Positions 37,534-54,890 of a DNA stretch of 64,000 bases are shown here, in pieces. Below the pieces are notes generated by a model, which searched no databases, was not told the DNA's origin, and worked only from the letters and a program-made list of their open reading frames with translations. The DNA comes from Escherichia phage ECO07P2. Each line of letters starts with the position of its first letter. The first letter of the stretch is position 1. Location of the stretch: sequence record OP172785; one strand, written 5' to 3'. The position numbers were made by a program, and so were the translations under genes.

Positions 37534-39113
37534 GTAATAATACATATCAACACGTTTCTAATGAATCTCGTTATGTAAAATTTGATCCTACCGATACAAA
37601 TTTTCCACCAGAGATTACTGATGTTCAGGCTGCTATAGCAGCCATTTCTCCTGCTGGCGTAAATGGAGTTCCTGATGCATCGTCAACAACAAAGGGAATT
37701 TTATTTCTTGCCACTGAACAGGAAGTTATAGATGGAACTAATAATACCAAAGCAGTTACACCAGCAACGTTGGCAACAAGATTATCATATCCAAACGCAA
37801 CTGAAACTGTTTACGGATTAACAAGATATTCAACCGATGATGAAGCCATTGCTGGAGTTAATAATGAATCTTCTATAACTCCTGCTAAATTTACTGTCGC
37901 CCTTAATAATGCCTTTGAAACTCGTGTTTCAACTGAATCATCAAATGGGGTTATTAAAATTTCATCTCTACCACAAGCATTAGCTGGTGCAGATGATACT
38001 ACTGCAATGACTCCATTAAAAACACAACAGTTAGCTGTTAAATTGATTGCGCAAATTGCTCCTTCTAAAAATGCTGCTACAGAATCTGAACAAGGCATAA
38101 TTCAGTTAGCTACAGTAGCACAGGCTCGTCAGGGAACTTTAAGAGAAGGATACGCAATTTCTCCTTATACGTTTATGAATTCTACTGCTACTGAAGAATA
38201 TAAAGGCGTAATTAAATTAGGAACACAGTCAGAAGTTAACTCGAATAATGCTTCTGTTGCGGTTACTGGCGCAACTCTGAATGGTCGTGGTTCTACGACG
38301 TCAATGAGAGGCGTAGTTAAATTAACTACAACCGCCGGTTCACAGAGTGGAGGCGATGCTTCATCAGCCTTAGCTTGGAATGCTGACGTTATCCACCAAA
38401 GAGGCGGTCAAACTATTAATGGAACACTTCGCATTAATAACACACTTACAATAGCTTCAGGTGGAGCAAATATTACCGGAACAGTTAACATGACTGGCGG
38501 TTATATTCAAGGTAAGCGTGTCGTAACACAAAATGAAATTGATAGAACTATTCCTGTCGGAGCTATTATGATGTGGGCCGCTGATAGTCTTCCTAGTGAT
38601 GCTTGGCGTTTTTGCCACGGTGGAACTGTTTCAGCGTCAGATTGTCCATTATATGCTTCTAGAATTGGAACAAGATATGGCGGAAGCTCATCAAATCCCG
38701 GATTACCTGACATGCGTGGTCTTTTTGTTCGTGGTTCTGGTCGTGGCTCTCACTTAACAAATCCAAATGTTAATGGTAATGACCAATTTGGTAAGCCTAG
38801 ATTAGGTGTAGGTTGTACCGGCGGATATGTTGGCGAAGTACAAAAACAGCAGATGTCTTATCATAAACATGCTGGCGGATTTGGTGAATGGGATGATGCT
38901 GGAGCATTTGGTAATACCCGCAGATCAAATTTTGTCGGTACACGCAAAGGACTTGACTGGGATAACCGTTCATACTTCACTAATGACGGATATGAAATTG
39001 ACCCAGCATCACAACGAAATTCCAGATATACATTAAATCGTCCCGAATTAATTGGAAATGAAACACGTCCATGGAACATTTCTTTAAACTACATAATTAA
39101 GGTAAAAGAATGA
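37530..39113 (+). CDS. 12: short tail fibre gp12
   Basis: 527 aa as in T4; repetitive Ala/Thr/Gly-rich shaft. Confidence 0.9.
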   Translation: MSNNTYQHVSNESRYVKFDPTDTNFPPEITDVQAAIAAISPAGVNGVPDASSTTKGILFLATEQEVIDGTNNTKAVTPATLATRLSYPNATETVYGLTRYSTDDEAIAGVNNESSITPAKFTVALNNAFETRVSTESSNGVIKISSLPQALAGADDTTAMTPLKTQQLAVKLIAQIAPSKNAATESEQGIIQLATVAQARQGTLREGYAISPYTFMNSTATEEYKGVIKLGTQSEVNSNNASVAVTGATLNGRGSTTSMRGVVKLTTTAGSQSGGDASSALAWNADVIHQRGGQTINGTLRINNTLTIASGGANITGTVNMTGGYIQGKRVVTQNEIDRTIPVGAIMMWAADSLPSDAWRFCHGGTVSASDCPLYASRIGTRYGGSSSNPGLPDMRGLFVRGSGRGSHLTNPNVNGNDQFGKPRLGVGCTGGYVGEVQKQQMSYHKHAGGFGEWDDAGAFGNTRRSNFVGTRKGLDWDNRSYFTNDGYEIDPASQRNSRYTLNRPELIGNETRPWNISLNYIIKVKE

Positions 39114-40573
39114 CAGATATTGTACTGAATGACTTACCATTCGTTGACGGCCCTCCTGCAGAGGGCCAGAGCCGCATTTCCTGGATTAAAAACGGCGAAG
39201 AAATATTAGGAGCTGACACACAATATGGAAGTGAAGGCTCAATGAATAGACCTACAGTTTCTGTACTAAGAAATGTTGAAGTTCTTGATAAAAACATTGG
39301 AATACTTAAAACATCTTTAGAAACCGCAAATAGTGATATTAAAACAATTCAGGGCATCTTAGATGTATCTGGTGATATTGAAGCTTTGGCCCAAATAAGT
39401 ATCAATAAAAAGGATATTTCTGACCTCAAAACGCTAACCAGTGAACATACAGAAATATTAAATGGAACTAATAATACGGTTGACAGTATTCTTGCCGATA
39501 TTGGTCCATTTAACTCCGAGGCCAACTCTGTATACAGAACAATCAGAAATGATTTACTGTGGATAAAGCGTGAACTTGGGCAATACACTGGTCAAGATAT
39601 TAATGGTCTTCCTGTTGTAGGAAATCCTAGTAGTGGAATGAAGCATCGCATTATTAATAATACCGATGTCATTACTTCACAGGGAATACGTTTAAGCGAA
39701 TTAGAAACAAAATTTATTGAATCTGATGTAGGTTCTTTGACTATTGAAGTTGGTAATCTCCGTGAAGAGCTTGGACCTAAACCACCGTCATTTTCACAAA
39801 ACGTTTATAGCCGCTTAAATGAAATTGACACTAAACAGACAACAGTTGAGTCTGACATTAGCGCTATTAAGACCTCAATAGGATATCCAGGAAATAATTC
39901 GATTATCACGAGTGTTAATACAAACACTGATAATATTGCATCTATTAATTTAGAGCTAAATCAAAGTGGAGGTATTAAACAGCGTTTAACCGTTATTGAA
40001 ACTTCTATTGGTTCAGATGATATTCCTTCGAGTATTAAAGGCCAAATCAAAGATAATACAACTTCAATCGAAGCTCTAAATGGAATCGTCGGTGAAAACA
40101 CTTCATCCGGTTTAAGAGCGAATGTTTCGTGGTTAAACCAAATTGTTGGAACTGATTCTAGCGGTGGACAACCTTCTCCTCCTGGGTCTCTTTTAAACCG
40201 AGTTTCTACAATTGAAACTTCTGTTTCAAGCTTGAACAACGATGTTCAGAACCTACAAGTAGAGATTGGTAATAACAGCACAGGAATTAAAGGGCAAGTT
40301 GTAGCATTAAATACTTTAGTAAATGGAACTAATCCAAACGGTTCAACTGTCGAAGAACGTGGATTAACCAATTCAATAAAAGCTAACGAAACAAACATCG
40401 CATCAGTTACACAAGAAGTGAATACAGCCAAAGGTAGTATATCTTCTCTGCAAGGTGATGTTCAAGCTCTACAAGAAGCAGGTTATATTCCTGAAGCTCC
40501 AAAAGATGGTCAAGCTTACGTTCGTAAAGACGGCGAATGGGTATTACTTTCTACCTTTTTATCACCAGCATAA
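39110..40573 (+). CDS. wac: fibritin (whisker) Wac
   Basis: 487 aa; coiled-coil repeats and C-terminal foldon [27 protein letters not shown]. Confidence 0.95.
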   Translation: MTDIVLNDLPFVDGPPAEGQSRISWIKNGEEILGADTQYGSEGSMNRPTVSVLRNVEVLDKNIGILKTSLETANSDIKTIQGILDVSGDIEALAQISINKKDISDLKTLTSEHTEILNGTNNTVDSILADIGPFNSEANSVYRTIRNDLLWIKRELGQYTGQDINGLPVVGNPSSGMKHRIINNTDVITSQGIRLSELETKFIESDVGSLTIEVGNLREELGPKPPSFSQNVYSRLNEIDTKQTTVESDISAIKTSIGYPGNNSIITSVNTNTDNIASINLELNQSGGIKQRLTVIETSIGSDDIPSSIKGQIKDNTTSIEALNGIVGENTSSGLRANVSWLNQIVGTDSSGGQPSPPGSLLNRVSTIETSVSSLNNDVQNLQVEIGNNSTGIKGQVVALNTLVNGTNPNGSTVEERGLTNSIKANETNIASVTQEVNTAKGSISSLQGDVQALQEAGYIPEAPKDGQAYVRKDGEWVLLSTFLSPA

Positions 40574-40576
40574 CAT

Positions 40577-40592
40577 GGGGCCGCAAGGCCCC
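40577..40592 (+). terminator. GNRA-loop hairpin after wac (weak terminator)
   Basis: GGGGCC-GCAA-GGCCCC immediately after wac stop; U tract is weak. Confidence 0.35.
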
Positions 40593-40605
40593 AAAGGATT
40601 TTTAA

Positions 40606-42307
<1,702 letters not shown>

Positions 42308-42348
42308 TAAATATTATAAACTAATTAAAGCCCAGATTAGGAGAAATC

Positions 42349-45489
<3,141 letters not shown>

Positions 45490-45517
45490 TATTAAAGCAT
45501 ATTAAAGAGGATTAAAA

Positions 45518-47497
45518 ATGACTTTATTATCTCCGGGCATTGAGCTCAAAGAAACTACGGTTCAAAGCACCGTGGTTAATAACTCTACTGGTACAGCAGC
45601 TTTGGCCGGTAAATTCCAGTGGGGTCCTGCTTTTCAGATTAAACAGGTTACAAATGAAGTAGATTTAGTTAATACTTTTGGTCAACCAACCGCTGAAACT
45701 GCTGACTATTTTATGTCTGCGATGAATTTCTTGCAGTACGGAAATGACTTACGAGTAGTTCGTGCTGTTGATAGAGATACCGCTAAAAACTCATCGCCAA
45801 TTGCTGGTAATATTGAATACACAATTTCTACCCCAGGTAGTAACTACGCGGTTGGAGATAAAATCACGGTCAAATATGTTTCAGATGATATTGAAACTGA
45901 AGGTAAAATTACTGAAGTAGACGCAGATGGAAAAATTAAGAAAATTAATATTCCTACTGCAAAAATTATCGCTAAAGCGAAAGAAGTAGGCGAATATCCA
46001 ACACTAGGTTCTAACTGGACTGCGGAAATTTCTTCATCTTCCTCTGGTTTAGCTGCAGTAATAACTCTTGGAAAAATTATTACTGATTCTGGTATTTTAT
46101 TAGCTGAAATTGAAAATGCTGAAGCTGCTATAACAGCTGTTGATTTTCAGGAAAATCTTAAAAAATATGGAATTCCAGGAGTAGTAGCTCTTTATCCAGG
46201 CGAATTAGGCGATAAAATCGAAATCGAAATCGTATCTAAAGCTGACTATGCAAAAGGAGCTTCTGCATTACTCCCAATTTATCCGGGCGGTGGTACTCGT
46301 GCATCTACTGCTAAAGCAGTGTTTGGATATGGACCACAAACTGATTCACAGTACGCTATTATAGTTCGTCGCAATGATGCTATTGTTCAAAGCGTTGTTC
46401 TTTCAACGAAGCGTGGTGAAAAAGATATTTACGATAGTAACATCTATATTGATGACTTTTTCGCAAAAGGTGGTTCAGAATATATTTTCGCAACTGCACA
46501 AAACTGGCCAGAAGGCTTCTCTGGAATTTTAACTCTGTCTGGTGGATTATCGTCAAATGCTGAAGTAACAGCAGGAGATTTGATGGAAGCTTGGGACTTC
46601 TTTGCTGACCGCGAATCTGTTGATGTTCAGTTGTTTATTGCGGGTTCTTGCGCCGGCGAATCTTTAGAAACAGCATCTACTGTCCAAAAACACGTCGTTT
46701 CAATTGGGGATGCTCGCCAGGATTGCTTAGTATTGTGCTCACCACCGCGTGAAACTGTAGTTGGAATTCCTGTAACTCGTGCTGTTGATAACTTAGTCAA
46801 TTGGAGAACTGCAGCAGGTTCATACACTGATAATAACTTTAATATCAGTTCAACTTATGCAGCAATTGATGGTAACTACAAATATCAGTATGACAAATAT
46901 AATGATGTAAATCGCTGGGTTCCATTAGCAGCTGATATTGCAGGTTTATGCGCAAGAACTGATAACGTTTCTCATACTTGGATGTCTCCAGCTGGTTATA
47001 ATCGTGGCCAGATTCTTAACGTTATTAAACTTGCTATTGAAACTCGCCAGGCGCAGCGCGACCGTTTATACCAAGAAGCTATCAACCCAGTAACTGGTAC
47101 AGGTGGTGATGGTTACGTATTGTATGGTGATAAAACAGCTACTTCTGTTCCTTCTCCATTTGATCGTATTAACGTTCGTCGTCTGTTTAATATGTTGAAA
47201 ACGAATATCGGACGTAGTTCAAAATATCGTTTGTTCGAATTAAACAACGCGTTTACTCGTTCATCATTCCGCACAGAAACTGCCCAGTACTTACAGGGAA
47301 TTAAAGCTCTCGGTGGAATTTATGAATATCGTGTAGTTTGCGATACAACAAATAACACTCCGTCAGTAATTGATAGAAATGAGTTTGTTGCAACATTCTA
47401 CATCCAACCGGCTAGAAGCATTAACTACATTACCTTGAACTTCGTAGCAACTGCTACTGGTGCAGATTTCGATGAGTTAACTGGTCTTGCAGGTTAA
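45518..47497 (+). CDS. 18: tail sheath protein gp18
   Basis: 659 aa as in T4. Confidence 0.95.
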   Translation: MTLLSPGIELKETTVQSTVVNNSTGTAALAGKFQWGPAFQIKQVTNEVDLVNTFGQPTAETADYFMSAMNFLQYGNDLRVVRAVDRDTAKNSSPIAGNIEYTISTPGSNYAVGDKITVKYVSDDIETEGKITEVDADGKIKKINIPTAKIIAKAKEVGEYPTLGSNWTAEISSSSSGLAAVITLGKIITDSGILLAEIENAEAAITAVDFQENLKKYGIPGVVALYPGELGDKIEIEIVSKADYAKGASALLPIYPGGGTRASTAKAVFGYGPQTDSQYAIIVRRNDAIVQSVVLSTKRGEKDIYDSNIYIDDFFAKGGSEYIFATAQNWPEGFSGILTLSGGLSSNAEVTAGDLMEAWDFFADRESVDVQLFIAGSCAGESLETASTVQKHVVSIGDARQDCLVLCSPPRETVVGIPVTRAVDNLVNWRTAAGSYTDNNFNISSTYAAIDGNYKYQYDKYNDVNRWVPLAADIAGLCARTDNVSHTWMSPAGYNRGQILNVIKLAIETRQAQRDRLYQEAINPVTGTGGDGYVLYGDKTATSVPSPFDRINVRRLFNMLKTNIGRSSKYRLFELNNAFTRSSFRTETAQYLQGIKALGGIYEYRVVCDTTNNTPSVIDRNEFVATFYIQPARSINYITLNFVATATGADFDELTGLAG

Positions 47498-47532
47498 TAC
47501 GGTGCATTCTAAAGGCCTGTTTCGGCAGGCCA

Positions 47533-47540
47533 TATAAATA
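47533..47540 (+). promoter_or_regulatory. late promoter TATAAATA (distal) for gene 19
   Basis: exact TATAAATA; preceded by GGCCUG-UUUCGG-CAGGCC hairpin. Confidence 0.5.
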
Positions 47541-47591
47541 CACTATATCCTTAATTCTTTAATTCTATATGCCCTAGGTTAAACATAGGGA

Positions 47592-47599
47592 TATAAATA
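47592..47599 (+). promoter_or_regulatory. late promoter TATAAATA (proximal) for gene 19
   Basis: exact TATAAATA 15 nt upstream of gp19 ATG. Confidence 0.6.
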
Positions 47600-47613
47600 C
47601 TACAGAGGCTAAT

Positions 47614-48105
47614 ATGTTTGTAGATGATGTAACACGAGCGTTTGAATCTGGTGATTTTGCTCGACCTAACTTATTCCAAGTAGAAATTTCTTATCTTGGA
47701 CAAAATTTTACGTTTCAATGCAAAGCCACTGCTTTACCAGCTGGTATTGTAGAAAAAATTCCAGTCGGATTTATGAACCGTAAAATTAACGTAGCAGGCG
47801 ATCGTACATTCGATGACTGGACTGTTACAGTAATGAACGATGAGGCACATGATGCTCGCCAGAAGTTTGTTGACTGGCAAAGCATTGCTGCTGGGCAAGG
47901 GAACGAAATTACTGGTGGAAAACCAGCAGAGTATAAAAAGAGCGCTATTGTACGCCAATATGCTCGTGACGCTAAAACTGTAACAAAAGAAGTCGAAATT
48001 AAAGGCCTGTGGCCTACTAACGTGGGTGAACTTCAATTAGATTGGGATTCAAACAATGAAATCCAAACCTTTGAAGTAACTCTCGCTCTCGATTATTGGG
48101 AATAA
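47614..48105 (+). CDS. 19: tail tube protein gp19
   Basis: 163 aa as in T4. Confidence 0.95.
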   Translation: MFVDDVTRAFESGDFARPNLFQVEISYLGQNFTFQCKATALPAGIVEKIPVGFMNRKINVAGDRTFDDWTVTVMNDEAHDARQKFVDWQSIAAGQGNEITGGKPAEYKKSAIVRQYARDAKTVTKEVEIKGLWPTNVGELQLDWDSNNEIQTFEVTLALDYWE

Positions 48106-48137
48106 AATGAATGGGGAGAAATCCCCATCCTGCTTAA

Positions 48138-49762
<1,625 letters not shown>

Positions 49763-49763
<1 letters not shown>

Positions 49764-50005
49764 TGGAAGGTTTAATTGAAGCTATTAAATCAAACGACCT
49801 CGTAGCCGCTCGTAAATTATTTGCTGAAGCCATGGCTGCAAGAACGATTGATTTAATTAAAGAAGAAAAAATCGCTATCGCTCGTAATTTCTTAATTGAA
49901 GGTGAAGAACCTGAAGATGAGGATGATGACGAAGATGGTGATGATAAAGACGACAAAAAAGACAAAGACTCTGATGAAGATGACGAAGACGAGGATGATG
50001 AATAA
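49763..50005 (+). CDS. 67: prohead core protein gp67
   Basis: 80 aa with poly-acidic C-terminus. Confidence 0.85.
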
Positions 50006-50430
50006 TGCTTCTGATCCCTGAAACTCATGAATTAGTTCTCGAGAATGTCGAAGCACTTATTCCTGAAGCACAGGGTCGCTTTGACGAATTGTCTTCTGCT
50101 TTAAATAAAGACGATATAAATACAATTGTCGAGAATATGCTTGATGATGAAACTGATTTAGCGGTTGCATTAGCTTCTATTAATGAAAATATGCCGTTAA
50201 ATGAATTCATCGTTAAACATGTTTCTGCCCGTGGTGAAATTACTCGCACTAAAGATCGCAAAACCCGCGAACGAAATGCATTTCAAACCACTGGGCTGTC
50301 TAAAGCAAAACGTAGACAAATTGCTCGTAAAGCTACCAAAACGAAGATTGCCAATCCAGCAGGTCAATCTCGTGCTCAGCGTAAGCGTAAAAAAGCTCTT
50401 AAACGCCGTAAAGCATTAGGATTAAGCTAA
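50005..50430 (+). CDS. 68: prohead core protein gp68
   Basis: 141 aa as in T4; basic C-terminus. Confidence 0.85.
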
Positions 50431-51068
50431 TGAATGAACCCCAATTACTAATTGAAACTTGGGGTCAACCTGGCGAAATTATTGATGGTGTGCCAATGCT
50501 TGAATCCCACGATGGAAAAGACCTAGGTTTAAAACCGGGTTTATACATCGAAGGAATATTCATGCAAGCGGAAGTCGTCAATAGAAATAAACGTCTTTAT
50601 CCAAAACGCATATTAGAAAAAGCGGTAAAAGACTATATCAATGAGCAAGTTTTAACTAAACAAGCTCTCGGAGAATTAAATCATCCTCCACGCGCTAATG
50701 TTGACCCGATGCAAGCCGCTATCATTATAGAAGATATGTGGTGGAAAGGAAATGACGTATACGGACGAGCTCGTGTTATTGAAGGTGACCATGGTCCTGG
50801 AGATAAATTAGCAGCTAATATTCGTGCCGGATGGATTCCAGGAGTTTCTTCTCGTGGATTAGGTTCATTGACTGACACAAATAAAGGTTATCGTATCGTA
50901 AACGAAGGATTCAAATTAACTGTAGGTGTTGATGCAGTATGGGGTCCAAGTGCTCCAGATGCATGGGTAACTCCTAAGGAAATTACCGAATCACAGACGG
51001 CGGAAGCCGATACAAGTGCCGATGACGCCTATATGGCTCTCGCAGAGGCCATGAAAAAAGCGTTATAA
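50430..51068 (+). CDS. 21: prohead core scaffold protease gp21
   Basis: 212 aa as in T4. Confidence 0.95.
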   Translation: MNEPQLLIETWGQPGEIIDGVPMLESHDGKDLGLKPGLYIEGIFMQAEVVNRNKRLYPKRILEKAVKDYINEQVLTKQALGELNHPPRANVDPMQAAIIIEDMWWKGNDVYGRARVIEGDHGPGDKLAANIRAGWIPGVSSRGLGSLTDTNKGYRIVNEGFKLTVGVDAVWGPSAPDAWVTPKEITESQTAEADTSADDAYMALAEAMKKAL

Positions 51069-51071
51069 ATA
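51064..51071 (+). promoter_or_regulatory. late promoter TATAAATA for gene 22
   Basis: exact TATAAATA overlapping gp21 stop, 27 nt upstream of gp22 ATG. Confidence 0.55.
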
Positions 51072-51098
51072 TTATTATCTAAACAACAGGACTACAAA

Positions 51099-51908
51099 AT
51101 GCTTAAAGAACAACTGATTGCCGAAGCGCAGAAAATTGATGCTTCCGTTGCTCTTGATAGTATTTTCGAATCAGTTAATATTTCTCCGGAAGCAAAAGAA
51201 ACTTTCGGCACTGTATTCGAAGCTACCGTCAAGCAGCACGCCGTTAAATTAGCTGAATCTCATATCGCTAAAATTGCTGAAAAAGCAGAAGAAGAAGTAG
51301 AAAAAAATAAAGAAGAAGCCGAAGAAAAAGCTGAGAAGAAAATCGCTGAGCAAGCTTCTAAATTCATCGACCATCTTGCGAAAGAATGGCTCGCTGAAAA
51401 TAAATTAGCAGTTGATAAAGGCATCAAAGCCGAACTGTTTGAATCCATGCTTGGTGGATTAAAAGAGCTCTTTGTTGAACACAACGTTGTTGTTCCAGAA
51501 GAATCAGTTGATGTTGTAGCTGAAATGGAAGAAGAGCTGCAAGAACATAAAGAAGAATCAGCTCGTCTGTTCGAAGAACTCAATAAGCGTGACGCATATA
51601 TCAATTATGTGCAGCGTGAAGTGGCATTGAGCGAAAGTACTAAAGATCTGACTGAGTCTCAAAAAGAAAAAGTCTCTGCTCTGGTCGAAGGTATGGATTA
51701 TTCAGATGAATTCTCAAGTAAATTGAGTGCCATCGTAGAAATGGTGAAGAAGTCTAATAAAGATGAAAGCACTATTACTGAGGGTATAAATACTCCTGAT
51801 ACTGAAGCAGCCGGACTGAATTTCGTCACTGAAGCTGTAGAAGATAAAGCTGCACCTGGTGCAGAAGATATTGTAAGTGTATATGCGAAAGTCGCATCTC
51901 GTTTCTAA
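51099..51908 (+). CDS. 22: prohead core scaffold protein gp22
   Basis: 269 aa, Glu/Lys/Ala-rich coiled coil. Confidence 0.9.
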   Translation: MLKEQLIAEAQKIDASVALDSIFESVNISPEAKETFGTVFEATVKQHAVKLAESHIAKIAEKAEEEVEKNKEEAEEKAEKKIAEQASKFIDHLAKEWLAENKLAVDKGIKAELFESMLGGLKELFVEHNVVVPEESVDVVAEMEEELQEHKEESARLFEELNKRDAYINYVQREVALSESTKDLTESQKEKVSALVEGMDYSDEFSSKLSAIVEMVKKSNKDESTITEGINTPDTEAAGLNFVTEAVEDKAAPGAEDIVSVYAKVASRF

Positions 51909-51926
51909 TTTTAAAGGTTAACACAA

Positions 51927-53492
51927 ATGACTATCAAAACTAAAGCTGAACTTTTGAACAAATGGAAGCCATTACTGGAAGGTGAAGGTTTACCGGAAAT
52001 TGCTAATAGCAAACAAGCGATTATCGCTAAAATCTTTGAAAACCAGGAAAAAGATTTCCAGACAGCTCCGGAATATAAAGACGAAAAAATTGCTCAGGCA
52101 TTTGGTTCTTTCTTAACAGAAGCTGAAATCGGTGGTGACCACGGTTACAATGCTACCAACATCGCTGCAGGTCAGACTTCTGGCGCAGTAACTCAGATTG
52201 GCCCGGCTGTTATGGGTATGGTACGTCGTGCTATTCCTAACCTGATTGCTTTCGATATTTGCGGTGTTCAACCAATGAGCAGCCCAACCGGTCAGGTATT
52301 CGCACTCCGCGCGGTATATGGTAAAGATCCGATCGCTTCCGATGCTAAAGAAGCATTCCACCCAATGTATGGTCCAGACGCAATGTTCTCTGGTCAGGGT
52401 GCTGCTAAGAAATTCCCAGCTCTGGCTGCTAGCACACAAACCGTTGTAGGTGATATCTATACTCACTTCTTCCAGGAAACTGGTACTGTGTATCTGCAAG
52501 CTTCCGCTGTAGTAACAATCGATGCTGGTGCGACTGATGCTGCTAAATTAGATGCTGAAATTAAGAAACAAATGGAAGCTGGTGTACTGGTAGAAATCGC
52601 TGAAGGTATGGCTACTTCTATCGCTGAACTTCAGGAAGGTTTCAACGGTTCTACCGATAACCCATGGAATGAAATGGGCTTCCGTATCGATAAACAAGTT
52701 ATCGAAGCTAAATCTCGCCAGCTGAAAGCTGCTTACTCTATCGAATTAGCACAAGACCTCCGCGCTGTTCACGGTATGGATGCTGATGCTGAACTGTCTG
52801 GTATTCTGGCTACCGAAATCATGCTGGAAATCAACCGCGAAGTTGTTGATTGGATTAACTACTCGGCTCAGGTTGGTAAATCTGGTATGACCCTGACTCC
52901 GGGTTCTAAAGCTGGTGTATTTGACTTCCAGGATCCGATTGATATTCGTGGTGCTCGCTGGGCGGGTGAATCCTTTAAAGCTCTGTTGTTCCAGATTGAC
53001 AAAGAAGCAGTTGAAATTGCTCGTCAGACCGGTCGTGGTGAAGGTAACTTCATTATCGCTTCCCGTAACGTAGTTAACGTTCTGGCTTCAGTTGATACTG
53101 GCATTTCTTATGCTGCACAGGGTCTGGCTACCGGCTTTAACACTGATACTACCAAGTCAGTATTTGCGGGTGTTCTGGGTGGTAAATACCGCGTATATAT
53201 CGACCAGTATGCTAAACAGGATTATTTCACTGTAGGTTATAAAGGTCCGAACGAAATGGATGCTGGTATTTACTATGCTCCATATGTAGCTCTGACTCCG
53301 CTGCGTGGTTCCGATCCGAAGAACTTCCAACCAGTAATGGGATTCAAAACTCGTTACGGTATCGGTATCAACCCATTTGCAGAATCCGCTGCTCAGGCTC
53401 CGGCTTCTCGCATCCAGAGCGGTATGCCTTCTATTCTGAATAGCCTTGGTAAAAACGCTTACTTCCGCCGTGTATATGTTAAAGGTATCTAA
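51927..53492 (+). CDS. 23: major capsid protein gp23
   Basis: 521 aa; translation matches T4 gp23 almost residue for residue, including the N-terminal propeptide MTIKTKAELLNKWKPLLEGEGLPE. Confidence 0.98.
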   Translation: MTIKTKAELLNKWKPLLEGEGLPEIANSKQAIIAKIFENQEKDFQTAPEYKDEKIAQAFGSFLTEAEIGGDHGYNATNIAAGQTSGAVTQIGPAVMGMVRRAIPNLIAFDICGVQPMSSPTGQVFALRAVYGKDPIASDAKEAFHPMYGPDAMFSGQGAAKKFPALAASTQTVVGDIYTHFFQETGTVYLQASAVVTIDAGATDAAKLDAEIKKQMEAGVLVEIAEGMATSIAELQEGFNGSTDNPWNEMGFRIDKQVIEAKSRQLKAAYSIELAQDLRAVHGMDADAELSGILATEIMLEINREVVDWINYSAQVGKSGMTLTPGSKAGVFDFQDPIDIRGARWAGESFKALLFQIDKEAVEIARQTGRGEGNFIIASRNVVNVLASVDTGISYAAQGLATGFNTDTTKSVFAGVLGGKYRVYIDQYAKQDYFTVGYKGPNEMDAGIYYAPYVALTPLRGSDPKNFQPVMGFKTRYGIGINPFAESAAQAPASRIQSGMPSILNSLGKNAYFRRVYVKGI

Positions 53493-53506
53493 TCTTTGAC
53501 GATTTA

Positions 53507-53537
53507 AGGGACCTTCGGGTCCCTTTAGTTGTTTTTA
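53507..53537 (+). terminator. rho-independent terminator after gene 23 (UUCG loop)
   Basis: AGGGACC-UUCG-GGUCCCU hairpin followed by UUAGUUGUUUUUA. Confidence 0.7.
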
Positions 53538-53540
53538 TGG

Positions 53541-53548
53541 TATAAATA
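53541..53548 (+). promoter_or_regulatory. late promoter TATAAATA for gene 24
   Basis: exact TATAAATA 28 nt upstream of gp24 ATG. Confidence 0.6.
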
Positions 53549-53575
53549 AATCATATAAACCAAAAGGAAAGCGCA

Positions 53576-54859
53576 ATGGCTAAAATCAACGAACTTCTGC
53601 GCGAATCAACCACAACGAATAGCAACTCAATCGGTCGCCCAAATCTCGTTGCTTTGACTCGCGCTACCACTAAATTAATATATTCTGACATTGTAGCAAC
53701 GCAAAGAACTAATCAACCTGTTGCTGCTTTTTATGGTATCAAATACCTTAACCCAGATAACGAATTTACGTTTAAAACTGGTGCTACTTACGCTGGCGAA
53801 GCTGGATATGTAGACCGAGAACAAATCACAGAATTAACAGAAGAGTCTAAATTAACTCTCAATAAAGGCGATTTATTCAAATATAATAATATCGTTTATA
53901 AAGTATTAGAAGATACACCATTTGCTACCATTGAAGAAAGCGATTTAGAATTAGCTCTTCAGATTGCAATTGTTCTTTTAAAGGTTCGTCTATTTTCTGA
54001 CGCAGCGTCAACGAGCAAATTTGAAAGCTCTGATAGCGAAATTGCTGATGCTAGATTCCAGATTAATAAATGGCAAACCGCAGTTAAATCTCGTAAACTT
54101 AAAACTGGCATTACAGTTGAATTAGCACAAGATTTAGAAGCAAATGGATTCGATGCTCCTAATTTCTTGGAAGATTTGCTCGCAACTGAAATGGCGGATG
54201 AAATCAATAAAGATATTCTGCAGTCTTTGATTACAGTATCAAAACGCTATAAAGTTACAGGAATTACTGATACTGGATTCATTGATTTGAGTTATGCATC
54301 CGCGCCTGAAGCTGGTCGTTCATTATACCGAATGGTGTGTGAAATGGTTTCGCATATCCAAAAAGAATCAACTTATACAGCAACGTTCTGTGTTGCTTCA
54401 GCTCGTGCTGCTGCGATTCTTGCTGCATCAGGTTGGTTAAAACATAAACCAGAAGATGACAAATATCTTTCACAAAATGCCTACGGGTTCTTAGCTAATG
54501 GTTTACCGCTTTATTGCGATACTAACAGCCCATTAGATTATGTAATCGTTGGTGTAGTAGAAAATATCGGTGAAAAAGAAATTGTTGGATCAATTTTCTA
54601 TGCTCCGTATACAGAAGGTCTTGACTTAGATGACCCTGAACATGTAGGTGCATTTAAAGTTGTGGTTGATCCAGAAAGCTTACAACCGTCTATCGGTTTA
54701 TTAGTTAGATATGCTTTATCAGCAAATCCTTACACTGTAGCAAAAGATGAAAAAGAAGCAAGAATAATTGATGGTGGAGACATGGATAAAATGGCGGGTC
54801 GTTCAGATTTGTCTGTTTTATTAGGTGTTAAGCTACCAAAAATTATCGTTGATGAATAA
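53576..54859 (+). CDS. 24: capsid vertex protein gp24
   Basis: 427 aa as in T4; paralogous to gp23. Confidence 0.95.
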   Translation: MAKINELLRESTTTNSNSIGRPNLVALTRATTKLIYSDIVATQRTNQPVAAFYGIKYLNPDNEFTFKTGATYAGEAGYVDREQITELTEESKLTLNKGDLFKYNNIVYKVLEDTPFATIEESDLELALQIAIVLLKVRLFSDAASTSKFESSDSEIADARFQINKWQTAVKSRKLKTGITVELAQDLEANGFDAPNFLEDLLATEMADEINKDILQSLITVSKRYKVTGITDTGFIDLSYASAPEAGRSLYRMVCEMVSHIQKESTYTATFCVASARAAAILAASGWLKHKPEDDKYLSQNAYGFLANGLPLYCDTNSPLDYVIVGVVENIGEKEIVGSIFYAPYTEGLDLDDPEHVGAFKVVVDPESLQPSIGLLVRYALSANPYTVAKDEKEARIIDGGDMDKMAGRSDLSVLLGVKLPKIIVDE

Positions 54860-54864
54860 AACAA

Positions 54865-54890
54865 AGGGACCGAAAGGTCCCTTTTTATTT
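54865..54890 (+). terminator. bidirectional terminator between gene 24 and rnlB
   Basis: AGGGACC-GAAA-GGUCCCU hairpin flanked by A-run on one side and T-run on the other. Confidence 0.7.

Noticed and set aside
51260-51604. Minus-strand 114-aa Ser/Ala-rich ORF
   Set aside because: Antisense to the Glu/Lys/Ala-rich scaffold gene 22; a compositional artefact of the coding strand.
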